Notes: generated by a model not told the origin, from the letters alone. DNA of 64,000 nt from Dehalococcoidia bacterium (GCA_965203975.1 CBDBDT010000001.1:712029-776028), one strand, 5' to 3'; numbered from the stretch's first letter, positions 8,991 through 19,795 are shown. Made by a program: numbers and translations.

Positions 8991-9014
8991 AAGGCTCGCC
9001 GCCCGGCGAGCCTT
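8991..9014. terminator. GC hairpin between convergent genes
   Basis: aaggctcgcc-gccc-ggcgagcctt: a perfect 10-bp stem with a 4-nt loop, between the DSD1 gene (+) and fhs (-). No clear U-tract. Confidence 0.4.
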
Positions 9015-9321
9015 GACCATGCTATTCTGGACCCTCCCACGGAGGGTTAGGGCTTCGGTCCTCAATGGTCCCATCTTACCTGCAACGCCAGCCAGTCCCT
9101 CCGCGACAACCCTGGATAAGTCGTCTTGACTTTCCCCCGCTCCAACGGGAAGGGTCGGACTCGAAATTTCTTTCGCAGGACTTCACCCAGCTTCATCCTG
9201 TCCCTCTACCTCTGGATACATATAGGCCCAAGTTTCCCAAAACACCGCCACCAAACCACCAAGCCTGACCATTCCTACGAATCATCCGCCTCTTCGGTTG
9301 CCCCTCAAGAGCCGGAAAACC

Positions 9322-10953
9322 CTAGCTCAACCCGACAATTTCTCCCGCCGGAGTAACGTCCATATCCAGTGCCCGCGGCCGTGTGGGCAGACCCGGCAGC
9401 GTCTCAATCGGCCCCGCCAACGCGTAGAGGAACCCTGCTCCCACCGATGCCCGGATATCCACAATCGGGAAGGTATACCCCGAAGGCCGTCCCTTCAACG
9501 ACGGGTTATGGGAAATCGACAGATGGGTCTTGGCCATGCAGATCGGCAGTTGTCCCCATCCCTGCGCCTCGAAATTACGAAGCTGCCGCCGTGCCGCCGG
9601 AGTCCAGCTCACCCTCTCCGCGTTGTACACTGTCTTCGCCAGTGCCAGGGCCTTTTCCTCCGCCGAAGCCTCTATCGGGTACGCGTAGGTGACCTCCGGG
9701 GCATCTACCGCCGCCTCCATCACCCGTTCCCCCAGTTCCGTCGCGCCGGCGCCGCCTTGGGCGAAACCGTCGCACTCGGCCGCCGAATCGGCCCCTGCCT
9801 TCAGCGCAATTTCTTTCACCGCCGCCAGTTCTTCGGCACTGTCCGTGTGGAACTTGTTGATCGCCACCACCACCGGCAAGTTGAAACTCTTGACGATGCT
9901 GATGTGATGCTCCAGGTTTGGGCCCCCCGCCACCACTGCTTCCACATCCGGTTTGTCCAGGTTTCTCCGCAGCGTGCCCCCGTGCCACTTCAGCGCCCGG
10001 ACCGACGCGACCAGCACCACCGCGTTCGGAATCAAGCCGCTTTGCCGCGCCTTGATGTGCATGAACTTCTCGAACCCCAGGTCCGACCCGAACCCGGCCT
10101 CCGTAACCACGAAGTCCGCGTACCCCAACGCCATCCGGTCCGCGATGATCGAGTTGCACCCGTGGGCTATGTTCCCGAAAGGCCCCGCGTGGATCAGCGA
10201 CGGCTGCCCTTCCTGCGTCTGCACCATGTTCGGCATGACGGCGTGCCGCAGGAGCGTCAGCAGCGCTCCCTCGAATCCCAGGCTTCCCACCGTCACGGGC
10301 CCGCCGGACCGCGTCCAACCCACCACCACCCGGGAAAGCCGCTCCCGCAGGTCTTCCAGGTCGGCGGACAGCGCCAGGATCGCCATGATCTCCGACGCCG
10401 CGATGAAATCAAACCGCGTTTCCCGCAAGGGGCTGTTGTTCGTCCCTCCCACGCCCGCCACCAGCGCCCGCAACGCCCGGTCCGAAGCGTCCGTCACCCG
10501 CGACCACCGAATTCCCGTCGCGTCCATTTCCCCCTCAGGGCTCCGGAACACGGCGTTGTCCACCAGTGCCGCCAGTAGGTTGTGGGCCGAACCCACCGCG
10601 TGGGCGTCGCCCGTGAAGTGAATGTTGATTTCGTCGTCCGGGACCACCGTTGCCTTGCCGCCCCCGGTCCCGCCCCCCTTGATCCCGAAGATTGGCCCTA
10701 GGGAAGGCTCGCGCAGCGTCACCACGGCATTCTTCCCCAGCTTTCCCAGCCCCTGCGTCAACCCCACCGCCGTGGTCGTCTTCCCCTCTCCCGCCGGCGT
10801 CGGAGTGATCCCCGTCACCACCACCAGCTTCCCTCTCCGTTCCGCCGGCTCTTTCATCGCCTCCAGCGAAATCTTGGCCTTGTACCGCCCGTAGGGAATC
10901 AAGTGCTCCTCGTCAACTCCCAGCCGCTCCGCAATCACGTTGATGGGTTCCAT
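9322..10953 (-). CDS. fhs: formate--tetrahydrofolate ligase
   Basis: Full-length match to FTHFS: ITPTPAGEGKTTTAVGL, GIKGGGTGGG, PAxIHGGPFANIAHG-like (IHAGPFGNIAHG). ATG 10953 has a GGGAGG RBS; the TTG at 10965 lies within the RBS. Confidence 0.95.
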   Translation of the reverse strand: MEPINVIAERLGVDEEHLIPYGRYKAKISLEAMKEPAERRGKLVVVTGITPTPAGEGKTTTAVGLTQGLGKLGKNAVVTLREPSLGPIFGIKGGGTGGGKATVVPDDEINIHFTGDAHAVGSAHNLLAALVDNAVFRSPEGEMDATGIRWSRVTDASDRALRALVAGVGGTNNSPLRETRFDFIAASEIMAILALSADLEDLRERLSRVVVGWTRSGGPVTVGSLGFEGALLTLLRHAVMPNMVQTQEGQPSLIHAGPFGNIAHGCNSIIADRMALGYADFVVTEAGFGSDLGFEKFMHIKARQSGLIPNAVVLVASVRALKWHGGTLRRNLDKPDVEAVVAGGPNLEHHISIVKSFNLPVVVAINKFHTDSAEELAAVKEIALKAGADSAAECDGFAQGGAGATELGERVMEAAVDAPEVTYAYPIEASAEEKALALAKTVYNAERVSWTPAARRQLRNFEAQGWGQLPICMAKTHLSISHNPSLKGRPSGYTFPIVDIRASVGAGFLYALAGPIETLPGLPTRPRALDMDVTPAGEIVGLS

Positions 10954-11027
10954 AGGACCTCCCAAGGAAGAAAACTGGGCCGCCGTCAGGGGTTACTTTC
11001 GAGGAAAACGGTCGGGCCGGACACCTG

Positions 11028-14000
11028 CTATCCGGAAGTTGTCTGCCGCTCCAACCGCTCGATATCAACTTCGTCCAGGTTGAAATACTTCGCGTCCGGG
11101 TGGTGGAACACCAGAGCCGACACCGACCCCTCCGGGTCCATCATGAAGCCTTCCGTCAGCTCCACGCCGATGTTCCCCGTCACGTCCAGCAGCCGGAAAA
11201 GTTGTTCCTGGTCCTCCAGCCGAGGGCATGCCGGATACCCGAAGGAGTACCGCCTCCCTTGGTACTGCGTCCTGAACAAGTCCGTGTAGGATAGCCCCGG
11301 AGGATCTCCAATCCCCCACATCTGCCGCATCTGCTGGTGCAGCAATTCGGCGAACCCCTCCGCTCCTTCCAGGCCCAGCACCTGCAATATATGCGAGTTA
11401 AGGAACTCCCCCTCAGCCTTCCACCGCTCCGAAAGTTCCCGTACCCCCGGCCCGATGGTTGTCGTGAACATCCCCACGTAGTCCATCACCCCCGATTCCA
11501 CTGGCATCGCATAGTCGGAAAGGCACAGTCCCTCTCGCTGCGACTGCCGGCCAAAGTAGAATCGCTCTAGGACCGTGTTCCCGTCCGGGGCGTAGACCAG
11601 CAGCCACTGCCCGTCGGACTGGCACGGGAAAAACTTGAACACCGCGTTGGCGTTGATAGTTGGATCAGACAGCATCGCGTCTTCCACCCGCCGCACCGAG
11701 TCCCTCAACTCCACCGCGCCCGGGTCCCCGGCTTCCAGCGCCTCCGCGAATCTCCCCTTGTACCCCAGATGCCTGACATAAAGCATCTGCGGGTTGATGT
11801 ACGGGAATATCCGCTCTAGGTCATACTCCCTGATTACATGCAGCCGCAGGTCCGGCGGCGTTGGAATCGCGAAGTCATGCCTGACCTTAGCTGGAGCCAC
11901 ATCTTGCACCGGGGCCGCTGCTGCCTGCCGGTTCTGGTCCGCGTTCAGCAGTTCCTCCGTTTCTGCCTCCACCGACGCCGCCAGGTGCTGCCGTTCGTCC
12001 GCGTCCTGCAGGGTGTTGGCCAGCGCCAGGCCGGTCATCGCGTCCTGCGAATAGACCACCATGCCGTCGTATTCCGGCCCGATCCTCAGCCTGGTGAAGC
12101 GGTTCGACAATGCCGCGCCTCCCACCAGGATGGGCGCATCCACCCCCGCCTGCCGGAAGTCCCGCGCTGTCTCCACCATCATCTGCGCCGACTTCACCAG
12201 CAGCCCGGACAACCCGATAATGTCCGGCCGGTGCTCCCGGTAAGCCTCGATCAGGTCTTGGGGCGGCACCTTGATCCCCAGGTTCACCACGTCGTATCCG
12301 TTGTTGGAAAGGATTATCTCCACCAGGTTCTTTCCGATGTCGTGGACGTCTCCCTTCACCGTCGCCAGCACCACCTTGCCCTTGGTGGCGGTGTCCATCC
12401 GGTCCATGTGGGGTTCCAGGTGGGCCACCGCGAACTTCATCGACTCCGCCGACTGCAGCACTTCCGCAACAATTAGTTGGTTGGCGTTGAACTGCCGCCC
12501 CACTTCATCCATTCCCGCCATCAGCGGCCCGTTGATGATCTCCAGCGGAGCCCGCCCCTGCAACGCCTCGTCCAGGTCATCCGCCAGCCCTTCCTTGCTT
12601 CCCTCGATAATCGCCAGGGCAAGCCGCTCGTCCAGCGGCAGGCTGAGCCGTTCCTCGGCGGTAGCCTTGGGCGCCTTGTCCCGGAAGTACCCCGCAAACG
12701 CAGCCACCGGGTCCTCGCCCCGGTTCCAGATCAGGTCTTCGGAAAGCCTTTTCTCCTCGTCGGGGATGGATGCGTACCGCTGCATCAGCTCCGAGTTGAC
12801 GATTGCCATGTCCAGCCCGGCCTGGACGCAGTGGTAGAGGAACACCGAGTTGAAAACCTCCCGTCCCGCTGGGGGCAGCCCGAAGGAGACGTTTGAGATC
12901 CCCAAAACCGTCTTGGTGTTGGGCAGCGCCTCTTTGATTAGCCGCACCCCTTCAATCGTCTCCGCCGCCGACCCCACGTAGTTTTCGTCGCCGGTGCCCG
13001 CCGGAAAGACCAGCGGGTCGAAAATAATGTCCTGCTCCGGAATGCCATACTTCTCGGTAAGCAGCTTGTGCGACCGCAGGGCCACCTCCAGCTTCCGCTC
13101 CTTGGTGATGGCCTGGGCCTGCTCCTTGTCGTCGTCAATGCACCCCACCACCAGTGCGGCCCCGTAGCGCTGTGCCAGGGGAACCACGGCTTGGAATCGT
13201 GCTTCCCCGTCTTCCAGATTGATGGAGTTGATGATCGACTTCCCCTGCAGCCTCTTCAGCGACTCCTCGATGACCTTCGCATCCGTGGAGTCGATCATAA
13301 TCGGCGTCTTGACCTTCTTGGTCACGAAGTCCAGGAACTGGATTACGTCGCTCAATTCGTCCCGGTCTGGGTCTTGCAGACAGACGTCCAGCACATGGGC
13401 TCCGTTCCTCACCTGCCGGCGTCCCACTTCCGACGCCTCCTCAAAGCCACCCCGTCCGATCAGCCGCCGGAACTGCCGGCTGCCCAGCACGTTGGTCCGC
13501 TCTCCCACCACCACGGGACGGGTGTCTTCGTCTACTACCAGCGCCTCTATCCCGGAAACTCTTGTTTCAATGGAACACGCAGGTTCCCGGGGAGTTGCGT
13601 CAGCCACCGTTTCCGCCAGGCTCGCGATGTGCCCCGGACCGGTCCCGCAGCACCCGCCCACCACGTTCAACCAGCCCTGCTGGACAAAGCGTCCGATGGT
13701 CGCGCTCACCATCTCGGCCGTTTGGTTGTAGTTCCCGTTCTCATCCGGCAGCCCTGCATTCGGAACGCAGGCAATCGGAAAACGCGACAGCCCGGCCAGG
13801 GTGCGGATGTGGTCTGTCATGAAGTCCGGCCCCGTGGCGCAGTTGAACCCTATCCACAGCAGGTCCCGGTGCGCAAGCGACGTGTAGAACGCCTCCGCGT
13901 CCTGTCCCGCCAGCAGGGTTCCCATCGGCTCGATGGTTCCTTGCACTGCCACCGGAATCGACCAGCCCAGCTCGGCAAAAGCCCGGTCCACCCCTTCCAG

Positions 14001-14531
14001 CCCGGCCTTCACATTGATCGTGTCCTGGCTCGTTTCCAGCAGCAGAAGGTCCGCCCCGCCCTCCATCAGTCCCGCTGCCTGCTCCTGGAACGCTTCCGCC
14101 AACTCGTCAAAGGTCACGCCGCCCGTCACCGAAATCGTCTTCGTCGTCGGCCCCATCGAACCAGCCACGAAACGCGGCTGCCCGTCCCCTGCCGCCTCAT
14201 CCGCCGCTTCCCGTGCAATGGCGGCGGCTTCCCGGTTCAGCCGCCGCGCCTCGGAAGCCAGGTCATACTCCGCCAGGACTACCGAAGTTGCCCCAAAGGT
14301 GTTGGTCTCGATTATGTCCGCGCCTGCGTCCAGGTATTCCTTGTGAATGTCCTTGATTACGTCCGGGCGGGTTACCACCAGGTACTCATTGCACCCCTCG
14401 TACTCGGCGCCGCCGAAGTCGTCGGGTCCCAACCCCCGTGCCTGTATCTGGGTGCCCATCGCCCCGTCTACCACCAGAATACGTCGGTGGAGAGCTGTTT
14501 TCAGCGCATCGATGCGTTCGTATACTGTCAT
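11028..14531 (-). CDS. metH: cobalamin-dependent methionine synthase
   Basis: All modules are present: Hcy S-methyltransferase (GGCCGTxPxHI), pterin-binding, B12-binding (GDVHDIGKN) and the AdoMet activation domain. ATG 14531 preferred over TTG 14540. Confidence 0.95.
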   Translation of the reverse strand: MTVYERIDALKTALHRRILVVDGAMGTQIQARGLGPDDFGGAEYEGCNEYLVVTRPDVIKDIHKEYLDAGADIIETNTFGATSVVLAEYDLASEARRLNREAAAIAREAADEAAGDGQPRFVAGSMGPTTKTISVTGGVTFDELAEAFQEQAAGLMEGGADLLLLETSQDTINVKAGLEGVDRAFAELGWSIPVAVQGTIEPMGTLLAGQDAEAFYTSLAHRDLLWIGFNCATGPDFMTDHIRTLAGLSRFPIACVPNAGLPDENGNYNQTAEMVSATIGRFVQQGWLNVVGGCCGTGPGHIASLAETVADATPREPACSIETRVSGIEALVVDEDTRPVVVGERTNVLGSRQFRRLIGRGGFEEASEVGRRQVRNGAHVLDVCLQDPDRDELSDVIQFLDFVTKKVKTPIMIDSTDAKVIEESLKRLQGKSIINSINLEDGEARFQAVVPLAQRYGAALVVGCIDDDKEQAQAITKERKLEVALRSHKLLTEKYGIPEQDIIFDPLVFPAGTGDENYVGSAAETIEGVRLIKEALPNTKTVLGISNVSFGLPPAGREVFNSVFLYHCVQAGLDMAIVNSELMQRYASIPDEEKRLSEDLIWNRGEDPVAAFAGYFRDKAPKATAEERLSLPLDERLALAIIEGSKEGLADDLDEALQGRAPLEIINGPLMAGMDEVGRQFNANQLIVAEVLQSAESMKFAVAHLEPHMDRMDTATKGKVVLATVKGDVHDIGKNLVEIILSNNGYDVVNLGIKVPPQDLIEAYREHRPDIIGLSGLLVKSAQMMVETARDFRQAGVDAPILVGGAALSNRFTRLRIGPEYDGMVVYSQDAMTGLALANTLQDADERQHLAASVEAETEELLNADQNRQAAAAPVQDVAPAKVRHDFAIPTPPDLRLHVIREYDLERIFPYINPQMLYVRHLGYKGRFAEALEAGDPGAVELRDSVRRVEDAMLSDPTINANAVFKFFPCQSDGQWLLVYAPDGNTVLERFYFGRQSQREGLCLSDYAMPVESGVMDYVGMFTTTIGPGVRELSERWKAEGEFLNSHILQVLGLEGAEGFAELLHQQMRQMWGIGDPPGLSYTDLFRTQYQGRRYSFGYPACPRLEDQEQLFRLLDVTGNIGVELTEGFMMDPEGSVSALVFHHPDAKYFNLDEVDIERLERQTTSG

Positions 14532-14737
14532 AAATCGCAACCTTGAAACAACGTTATCACTGCCCCAAGGCTACCCATTCCCAGGGTCTCTGTCAAACCG
14601 GAGGAGTCATAACTGGCCCGGTTCGGGTGGGACTGGACACCCTTCATTGGCCGGCATTTGGCCTTCAGGACGCCCTGTGACCAGCCCTTGTCTCGATAGG
14701 GTCCGATGTGGCATTCGCCACTCCCGTTGCCGACGTA

Positions 14738-14765
14738 GGACACACCCGCAGGCCCGGGTGTGTCC
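14738..14765. other. perfect 11-bp GC hairpin in the pepN-metH spacer
   Basis: ggacacacccg-caggcc-cgggtgtgtcc. No U-tract. It could be the pepN terminator or part of a metH leader. Confidence 0.35.
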
Positions 14766-14881
14766 GCGTCGCTTTCTCCCGCCCCCGCTAGGGCGCCCCG
14801 GCTATCCCTGCCTGTTGCAGCGAGTGCATCCCCAGCGGCAACGGACCAGGCGGGCTATGCCTCGCCTGGCTCCGAACGGCA

Positions 14882-17470
14882 TTATCCAAAGAACCCGGCC
14901 AGTTCCTCCCGGTTCTTCTCGACCCAGGTGGCGTTCAACCGGATTCGTTCCAACGCCTGCCGTATGCTCCGCTCGGCCGCCGGAGTCGGGTTCTCTTGGA
15001 AGAATGCTTCTACTTCAGCGTACCGCCCCATATCGGTGAAGCTGTTGCAGATCCCCACCAGTCGCATCAAGCCGAACCCGCCGCCGCCATAACGCCGGTC
15101 GAATTCCGGCCAGTTTTCCCGGACAAAGTCCCACGCCAGGCCCCGTCCTCGAATGTTGCCCGAAACCGCCCCAACAACCGTGATTGTGTCCTGGGACCGG
15201 ACGTCGTCGGTAAGCGACCGTCGCAGCGTTTTGTTAAGCAGGTCCTCCTGGTTGAACCGTGCCAGGCTGATCAGCACCCTGATTTTCTCTTCCTGGAGGT
15301 CTGCAGCCCTGGCCAGCTCCCAGAGTTGGTCGTAGGTCGTCGAGTCTCCTCCCTGGGCTGCCAGGCTGTACACGACCCCTCTCAAGTCGGGATGTACCGA
15401 TGCAGGATCTCGCCGGTAAGCGCTAAACTTTCGCGACGCTTCCTCGAGGACCGCGCCGTCCCCGTAATTCCCTGCCTGGCTCAGCACGGTGCTGCGTAGT
15501 AGCGAGTCCAGGTGTCCCTCCCCGGTCCGGGCTTCCCACCCGATTCGCGCCGCTGCGGGACCGAACAAGTCCCGGGCGAACTCCTGGAAGGCGGAATAGT
15601 ACGGCTCGTTGGCTACCAGCGTTTCGATCTCCCTCAGATTGCTCGCCAGGTCGCTCCACACCGAGGCGTCCGTCTCGTTCCCGTACGCCTTGGCCAGCGA
15701 GAGGAACTGGGCCACTGGTAGCAGCCCAGCCCGCGAGAGCGCATAGGCGTCATTCTGGATCCCTAGCCGGTCGGTTGCGGGCAGGGTCAGCGACTCGATT
15801 GAAGGCACCAGCCTTTCCCAGTCCTCCGCCGAGTAGTTCACCCGGAAAAACCCGGTCTGCTGCGGGTTCACCTTGAACCACGGATTGGCGCCCGGCCCCA
15901 GGTTCAACGTTGCGGAGCGTTCGCTCATCACCGACGATACCTGCGAACCCCCTGCGGGACTGCCCACCGCCACCCGGACCGGCACCTGCCAGGCGGCATC
16001 CTCGGGTTCGCCCTCTTCCAGCAGCCGGTCATAAACGAACCGCTCCTGGGACAGGTCCAGTTCCGTGTCATCCCCCGATTGCCGCGCCGCTACGTCCAGG
16101 ACCGGGTAACCCATTTGACCCGTCCATGAATCCATTATCGCCGTCACCGGCTGCTGCGACGCTTCCTCCAGGGCCTCCCAAAGGTGCTGGGTCCGCGCGT
16201 TTTCGTATTGGTGCCCCGACAGGTAACGGTACAACCCTTGGCGGAAGACTTCCGGCGTCAGGAATTGCTCCAGCATCCGAATCACCGACGCCCCCTTGCT
16301 GTAGCTGATGGCGTCGAACAGTTGGCTGACCTCGGCCGGATTGGTCACCTCCTGCTCAATGGGATGCGAGTTCTTCAGGCCGTCCAGGCTCAGTGCCCGG
16401 TTCGTGTCCATGTTGACGAACTGCGTCCACATCTCCCACTCGGGGAATAGCCAGTCCACCGCCTTCGTCCCCATCCAGGACGCGAAGCTCTCGTTTAACC
16501 AGAGATCGTCCCACCATTCCATCGTCACCAAATCCCCGAACCACATGTGCGCCATCTCGTGGGCCACCACCTCTGCCACTCGCTGGCGAGTGCCCGCCGA
16601 TGAGTTCTGACTGTCCACCAGCAGCGCCGTCTCCCGGTACGTCACCGCACCCCAGTTCTCCATCGCACCCGCTGCAAAGTCCGGAATAGCTATGTGGTCC
16701 AGCTTCTCCAGCGGATACGGGATACCAAAGTAGTCGTTGAAGAACGACAGCAGCTTGACGGACGTATCCAGCGCAAACCTTCCCTGTTCCTCCTTCCCGG
16801 CAGTCGTCCACACCCCCACCCGGGTCCCGCTGGCCGCTTCCTTCTCGATGTGGGACAAATGGCCCACCACGAAGGCCAGCAGGTAGGTCGACATAACCGG
16901 CGTCTCCGCGAACCGGACCACTTTCAGTCCATTTCCCGCCGTGGTCTCTTCCAATACGGGAGTGTTCGATAGCGCCGTCATGTCCTCTGGAACAACCAGC
17001 GTCACCTCGAAACGGGCCTTTCGTGCCGGCTCATCCCAGCAGGGAAAAGCCTGCCGGGCATCCGTCGCCTCGAATTGCGTGGTGGCCAGGTACGCGGTCT
17101 CGCCGCCTTCCGTCGTGTACTGGCTCCTGTAAAATCCCCTTAGCTTGTCGTTGAGGATTCCGGTGAACTTCATGCTCAGTTTCGCCGCGCCTTCTCCGGC
17201 CTCTCCGGCCAGCGTCAGCGTCACCGACTCCGTTTCCTTGTCGTAAGCCATACCGCTCACTGGGATGGTTTCTCCGCCCTGCTCCAGCTCCGCCGACTGG
17301 ATTTCGATATCCAGCGAGTTCATCACCAGTTCGCTGATTCGCTCGTTGATGTCCAGATCGACAACGGCCTCCCCCTGGAACACGAACTCCTCCAGGTCCG
17401 GTTGCAGCCGCAGGGTGTACTTGCTGGGGATTGCGCTGCTTGGCAGCACCACCGCTTCACTTGCGGGCAT
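14882..17470 (-). CDS. pepN: aminopeptidase N (M1 family zinc metallopeptidase)
   Basis: GAMENWG exopeptidase motif, HEMAHMWFGDLVTMEWWDDLWLNE (HExxH-18-E), and an ERAP1-like C-terminal domain. Confidence 0.9.
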   Translation of the reverse strand: MPASEAVVLPSSAIPSKYTLRLQPDLEEFVFQGEAVVDLDINERISELVMNSLDIEIQSAELEQGGETIPVSGMAYDKETESVTLTLAGEAGEGAAKLSMKFTGILNDKLRGFYRSQYTTEGGETAYLATTQFEATDARQAFPCWDEPARKARFEVTLVVPEDMTALSNTPVLEETTAGNGLKVVRFAETPVMSTYLLAFVVGHLSHIEKEAASGTRVGVWTTAGKEEQGRFALDTSVKLLSFFNDYFGIPYPLEKLDHIAIPDFAAGAMENWGAVTYRETALLVDSQNSSAGTRQRVAEVVAHEMAHMWFGDLVTMEWWDDLWLNESFASWMGTKAVDWLFPEWEMWTQFVNMDTNRALSLDGLKNSHPIEQEVTNPAEVSQLFDAISYSKGASVIRMLEQFLTPEVFRQGLYRYLSGHQYENARTQHLWEALEEASQQPVTAIMDSWTGQMGYPVLDVAARQSGDDTELDLSQERFVYDRLLEEGEPEDAAWQVPVRVAVGSPAGGSQVSSVMSERSATLNLGPGANPWFKVNPQQTGFFRVNYSAEDWERLVPSIESLTLPATDRLGIQNDAYALSRAGLLPVAQFLSLAKAYGNETDASVWSDLASNLREIETLVANEPYYSAFQEFARDLFGPAAARIGWEARTGEGHLDSLLRSTVLSQAGNYGDGAVLEEASRKFSAYRRDPASVHPDLRGVVYSLAAQGGDSTTYDQLWELARAADLQEEKIRVLISLARFNQEDLLNKTLRRSLTDDVRSQDTITVVGAVSGNIRGRGLAWDFVRENWPEFDRRYGGGGFGLMRLVGICNSFTDMGRYAEVEAFFQENPTPAAERSIRQALERIRLNATWVEKNREELAGFFG

Positions 17471-17627
17471 TCCTCAACTCCTGATCTCAAGTTGTGTGGG
17501 GCAACCTCGGAGCCCTCTCCGGGGCGGCCCCAACCGATTGCCAGTTTACCACCAAAGGCCGGGAACGTGTGCCTTCTGCCAGCGGAAAGCGGCTTCCCCG
17601 GCCAGTCCGGGCGGAGGGGACCGCCGG

Positions 17628-17636
17628 TGTTATAAT
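17628..17636 (+). promoter_or_regulatory. extended -10 promoter candidate for leuCD
   Basis: TGtTATAAT about 73 nt upstream of the leuC ATG, in the divergent pepN/leuC spacer. No good -35. Confidence 0.35.
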
Positions 17637-17686
17637 GCTTATCGCCAACACCAACGCCCTGGGCGGCTATTGTCCGTCCGGGGCCT

Positions 17687-17710
17687 ATGAATTATGAGGA
17701 GATAATTCAT
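17687..17710 (+). promoter_or_regulatory. AT-rich perfect palindrome presenting the leuC Shine-Dalgarno in its loop
   Basis: atgaattat-GAGGAG-ataattcat: 9-bp arms with a 6-nt loop that is the SD. The right arm includes the A and T of the start codon (17709). Confidence 0.4.
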
Positions 17711-19109
17711 GCCCCCACAGACCATGTTCGAAAAAATCTGGGACTCCCACGTCGTCCATCAGGAACCCGGACAACCTGCGATCCTCTATGTCGACCTCCA
17801 CCTGATCCACGAGGTGACCACTCCCCAGGCCTTCGAGGGACTCCGCCTCGCCGGACGCAAGGTGCGCCGCCCCGACCGGACGGTGGCAACCGTGGACCAC
17901 AACACCCCCACTTGGGACCTGTCCCTGCCCGTCACCGACGAAATCTCCAAGCGCCAGTTGGATGCCCTCTCCGATAACCTGGAGGGCACCGGCATCCCCT
18001 TTTACGACCGTTACAGCCCCAACCAGGGCATCGTCCACGTCATCGGCCCCGACTTGGGCTACACCCAGCCCGGCATGACCGTCGTCTGCGGCGACAGCCA
18101 CACCTCCACCCACGGCGCCCTCGGCTGTTTCGCCCTCGGAATCGGCACCTCCGAAGTCGAGCACGTGCTGGCCACGCAGACCCTCCGCCAGTTCAAGCCC
18201 AACACCATGGAAGTCCGCGTCAACGGCCCTCTGCCCACCGGAGTTGAGGCCAAGGATGTCATCCTCGGCATCATCGGCCAGATTGGCATTAACGGAGGCA
18301 TTGGCCACGTCATCGAGTACACCGGCGAGGCCATCCGCTCCCTCTCCATGGACGGACGCATGACCGTCTGCAACATGAGCATCGAGGGAGGGGCCCGCGC
18401 CGGAATGATCGCGCCCGACCAGACCACCTTCGATTACGTCCGCGGCCGCCAGTTTGCCCCCCAGGGCGACGACTTCGATGCCGCCGTCGAACGCTGGAAA
18501 CAGCTTCCCACCGATCAGGGAGCGTCCTTCGACAAGCTCGTCAAAATCGAGGCCGCCGATCTCGAACCATTCGTGACTTGGGGCACCAACCCCGGGATGG
18601 TCACCAAGGTTACTGGCCGCGTCCCCGACCCCGCCGGCTTCGACCAGCCCGCCGAGCGCGAGGCCGCCGAGCGCGCTCTCGTCTACATGGGACTCGAACC
18701 CGACACGCCCATCCAGGACATCAAGATCGACCGCGTCTTTCTCGGCGCCTGCACCAACAGCCGCATCGAAGACCTCCGCACCGCCGCCAACGTCATCAGG
18801 GGAAAGAAGGTCAACCCGGACGTCTACGCCATGGTCGTGCCCGGCTCCGCCCGGGTGAAACTTCAGGCCGAGCAGGAGGGACTCGACCGCATCTTCACCG
18901 ACGCCGGCTTCGACTGGCGCGTCGCCGGATGCTCCATGTGTCTCGGCATGAACCCCGACATTCTCGAACCCGGCCAGCGTTGCGCCTCCACCTCCAACCG
19001 CAACTTCGAGGGACGCCAGGGCAAGGGCGGGCGGACCCATCTCGTCAGCCCCTCCATGGCCGCCGCCGCTGCCATCGCCGGCCACTTCGTCGACATCCGG
19101 GAATGGTAG
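17709..19109 (+). CDS. leuC: 3-isopropylmalate dehydratase large subunit
   Basis: [24 protein letters not shown]-like, [25 protein letters not shown]; adjacent leuD. Confidence 0.95.
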   Translation: MPPQTMFEKIWDSHVVHQEPGQPAILYVDLHLIHEVTTPQAFEGLRLAGRKVRRPDRTVATVDHNTPTWDLSLPVTDEISKRQLDALSDNLEGTGIPFYDRYSPNQGIVHVIGPDLGYTQPGMTVVCGDSHTSTHGALGCFALGIGTSEVEHVLATQTLRQFKPNTMEVRVNGPLPTGVEAKDVILGIIGQIGINGGIGHVIEYTGEAIRSLSMDGRMTVCNMSIEGGARAGMIAPDQTTFDYVRGRQFAPQGDDFDAAVERWKQLPTDQGASFDKLVKIEAADLEPFVTWGTNPGMVTKVTGRVPDPAGFDQPAEREAAERALVYMGLEPDTPIQDIKIDRVFLGACTNSRIEDLRTAANVIRGKKVNPDVYAMVVPGSARVKLQAEQEGLDRIFTDAGFDWRVAGCSMCLGMNPDILEPGQRCASTSNRNFEGRQGKGGRTHLVSPSMAAAAAIAGHFVDIREW

Positions 19110-19185
19110 GAATCGTCACGAAAGCGTCCCCTTACTTGTCTCCAGGCTCAACACATACCGGAATACGGAAAATCGAGAGGAAATC

Positions 19186-19773
19186 ATGGAGCCCTTCGTC
19201 AAGCTAACCGGCGTCGCCGCACCCATCGACCGGGTAAACATCGACACCGACCAGATTATCCCCGCCATTCACCTCAAGCGCATCGAACGCACCGGCTTCG
19301 GACAGTTCCTGTTCTCCAGTTGGAGGTTCAATGAGGACGGCTCCCCCAAACCCGACTTTGTGCTCAACGCCCCCGCTTACCAGAACCCCCGGATTCTCGT
19401 GGCCGGGCGCAACTTCGGCTGCGGCTCCTCCCGCGAGCATGCTCCTTGGGCCCTGGAAGACTACGGCATCCGCTGCGTCATAGCGCCCAGCTTCGCCGAC
19501 ATTTTCTTCAACAACTGCTTCCAGAACGGCCTCCTCCCCGTCGTGCTCCCCGAGGAAGACGTGCGCCGCCTTATGGACAAGCTCAAGGACAACCCCGGCA
19601 TGGACCTAACCGTTGACCTCGAAGCCCAGCGCATCTGGGACGACCAGGAAGACATCGTTCTGTCCTTTGACGTGGACCAGTTCCGCAAGAACTGCTTGCT
19701 CAACGGCCTCGACGACATCGGCCTCACCCTCCAGCACGACGATCTCATCGCCGCCTTCGAAAGCAACCAGTAG
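19186..19773 (+). CDS. leuD: 3-isopropylmalate dehydratase small subunit
   Basis: [27 protein letters not shown], [11 protein letters not shown]. Confidence 0.95.
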   Translation: MEPFVKLTGVAAPIDRVNIDTDQIIPAIHLKRIERTGFGQFLFSSWRFNEDGSPKPDFVLNAPAYQNPRILVAGRNFGCGSSREHAPWALEDYGIRCVIAPSFADIFFNNCFQNGLLPVVLPEEDVRRLMDKLKDNPGMDLTVDLEAQRIWDDQEDIVLSFDVDQFRKNCLLNGLDDIGLTLQHDDLIAAFESNQ

Positions 19774-19795
19774 ACTCCTCCGGCCAAACCCGGCT

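Noticed and set aside
13068-14546. 492-aa plus-strand ORF antisense to metH; similarly 9298..10578 opposite fhs, 23437..24930 opposite the acyl-CoA synthetase, 5386..6558 opposite the LLM gene, 3076..3999 and 20690..21700
   Set aside because: All are R/P/H- or G/A/D-rich shadow frames of strongly supported genes.
14541-14737. Possible cobalamin/SAM/SAH riboswitch in the metH leader
   Set aside because: Only a partial resemblance to the cobalamin core (GGGAGUGGCGAAUGCC). No GCCACUG or B12-box match, and no SAM-I/II or SAH core found by eye. Kept only as an unexplained long leader.
17685-19085. 466-aa ORF on the minus strand, exactly antisense to leuC
   Set aside because: Composition is dominated by G/A/D/V/H runs, typical of the antisense frame of a GC-rich gene. 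The sense strand encodes an unmistakable LeuC.
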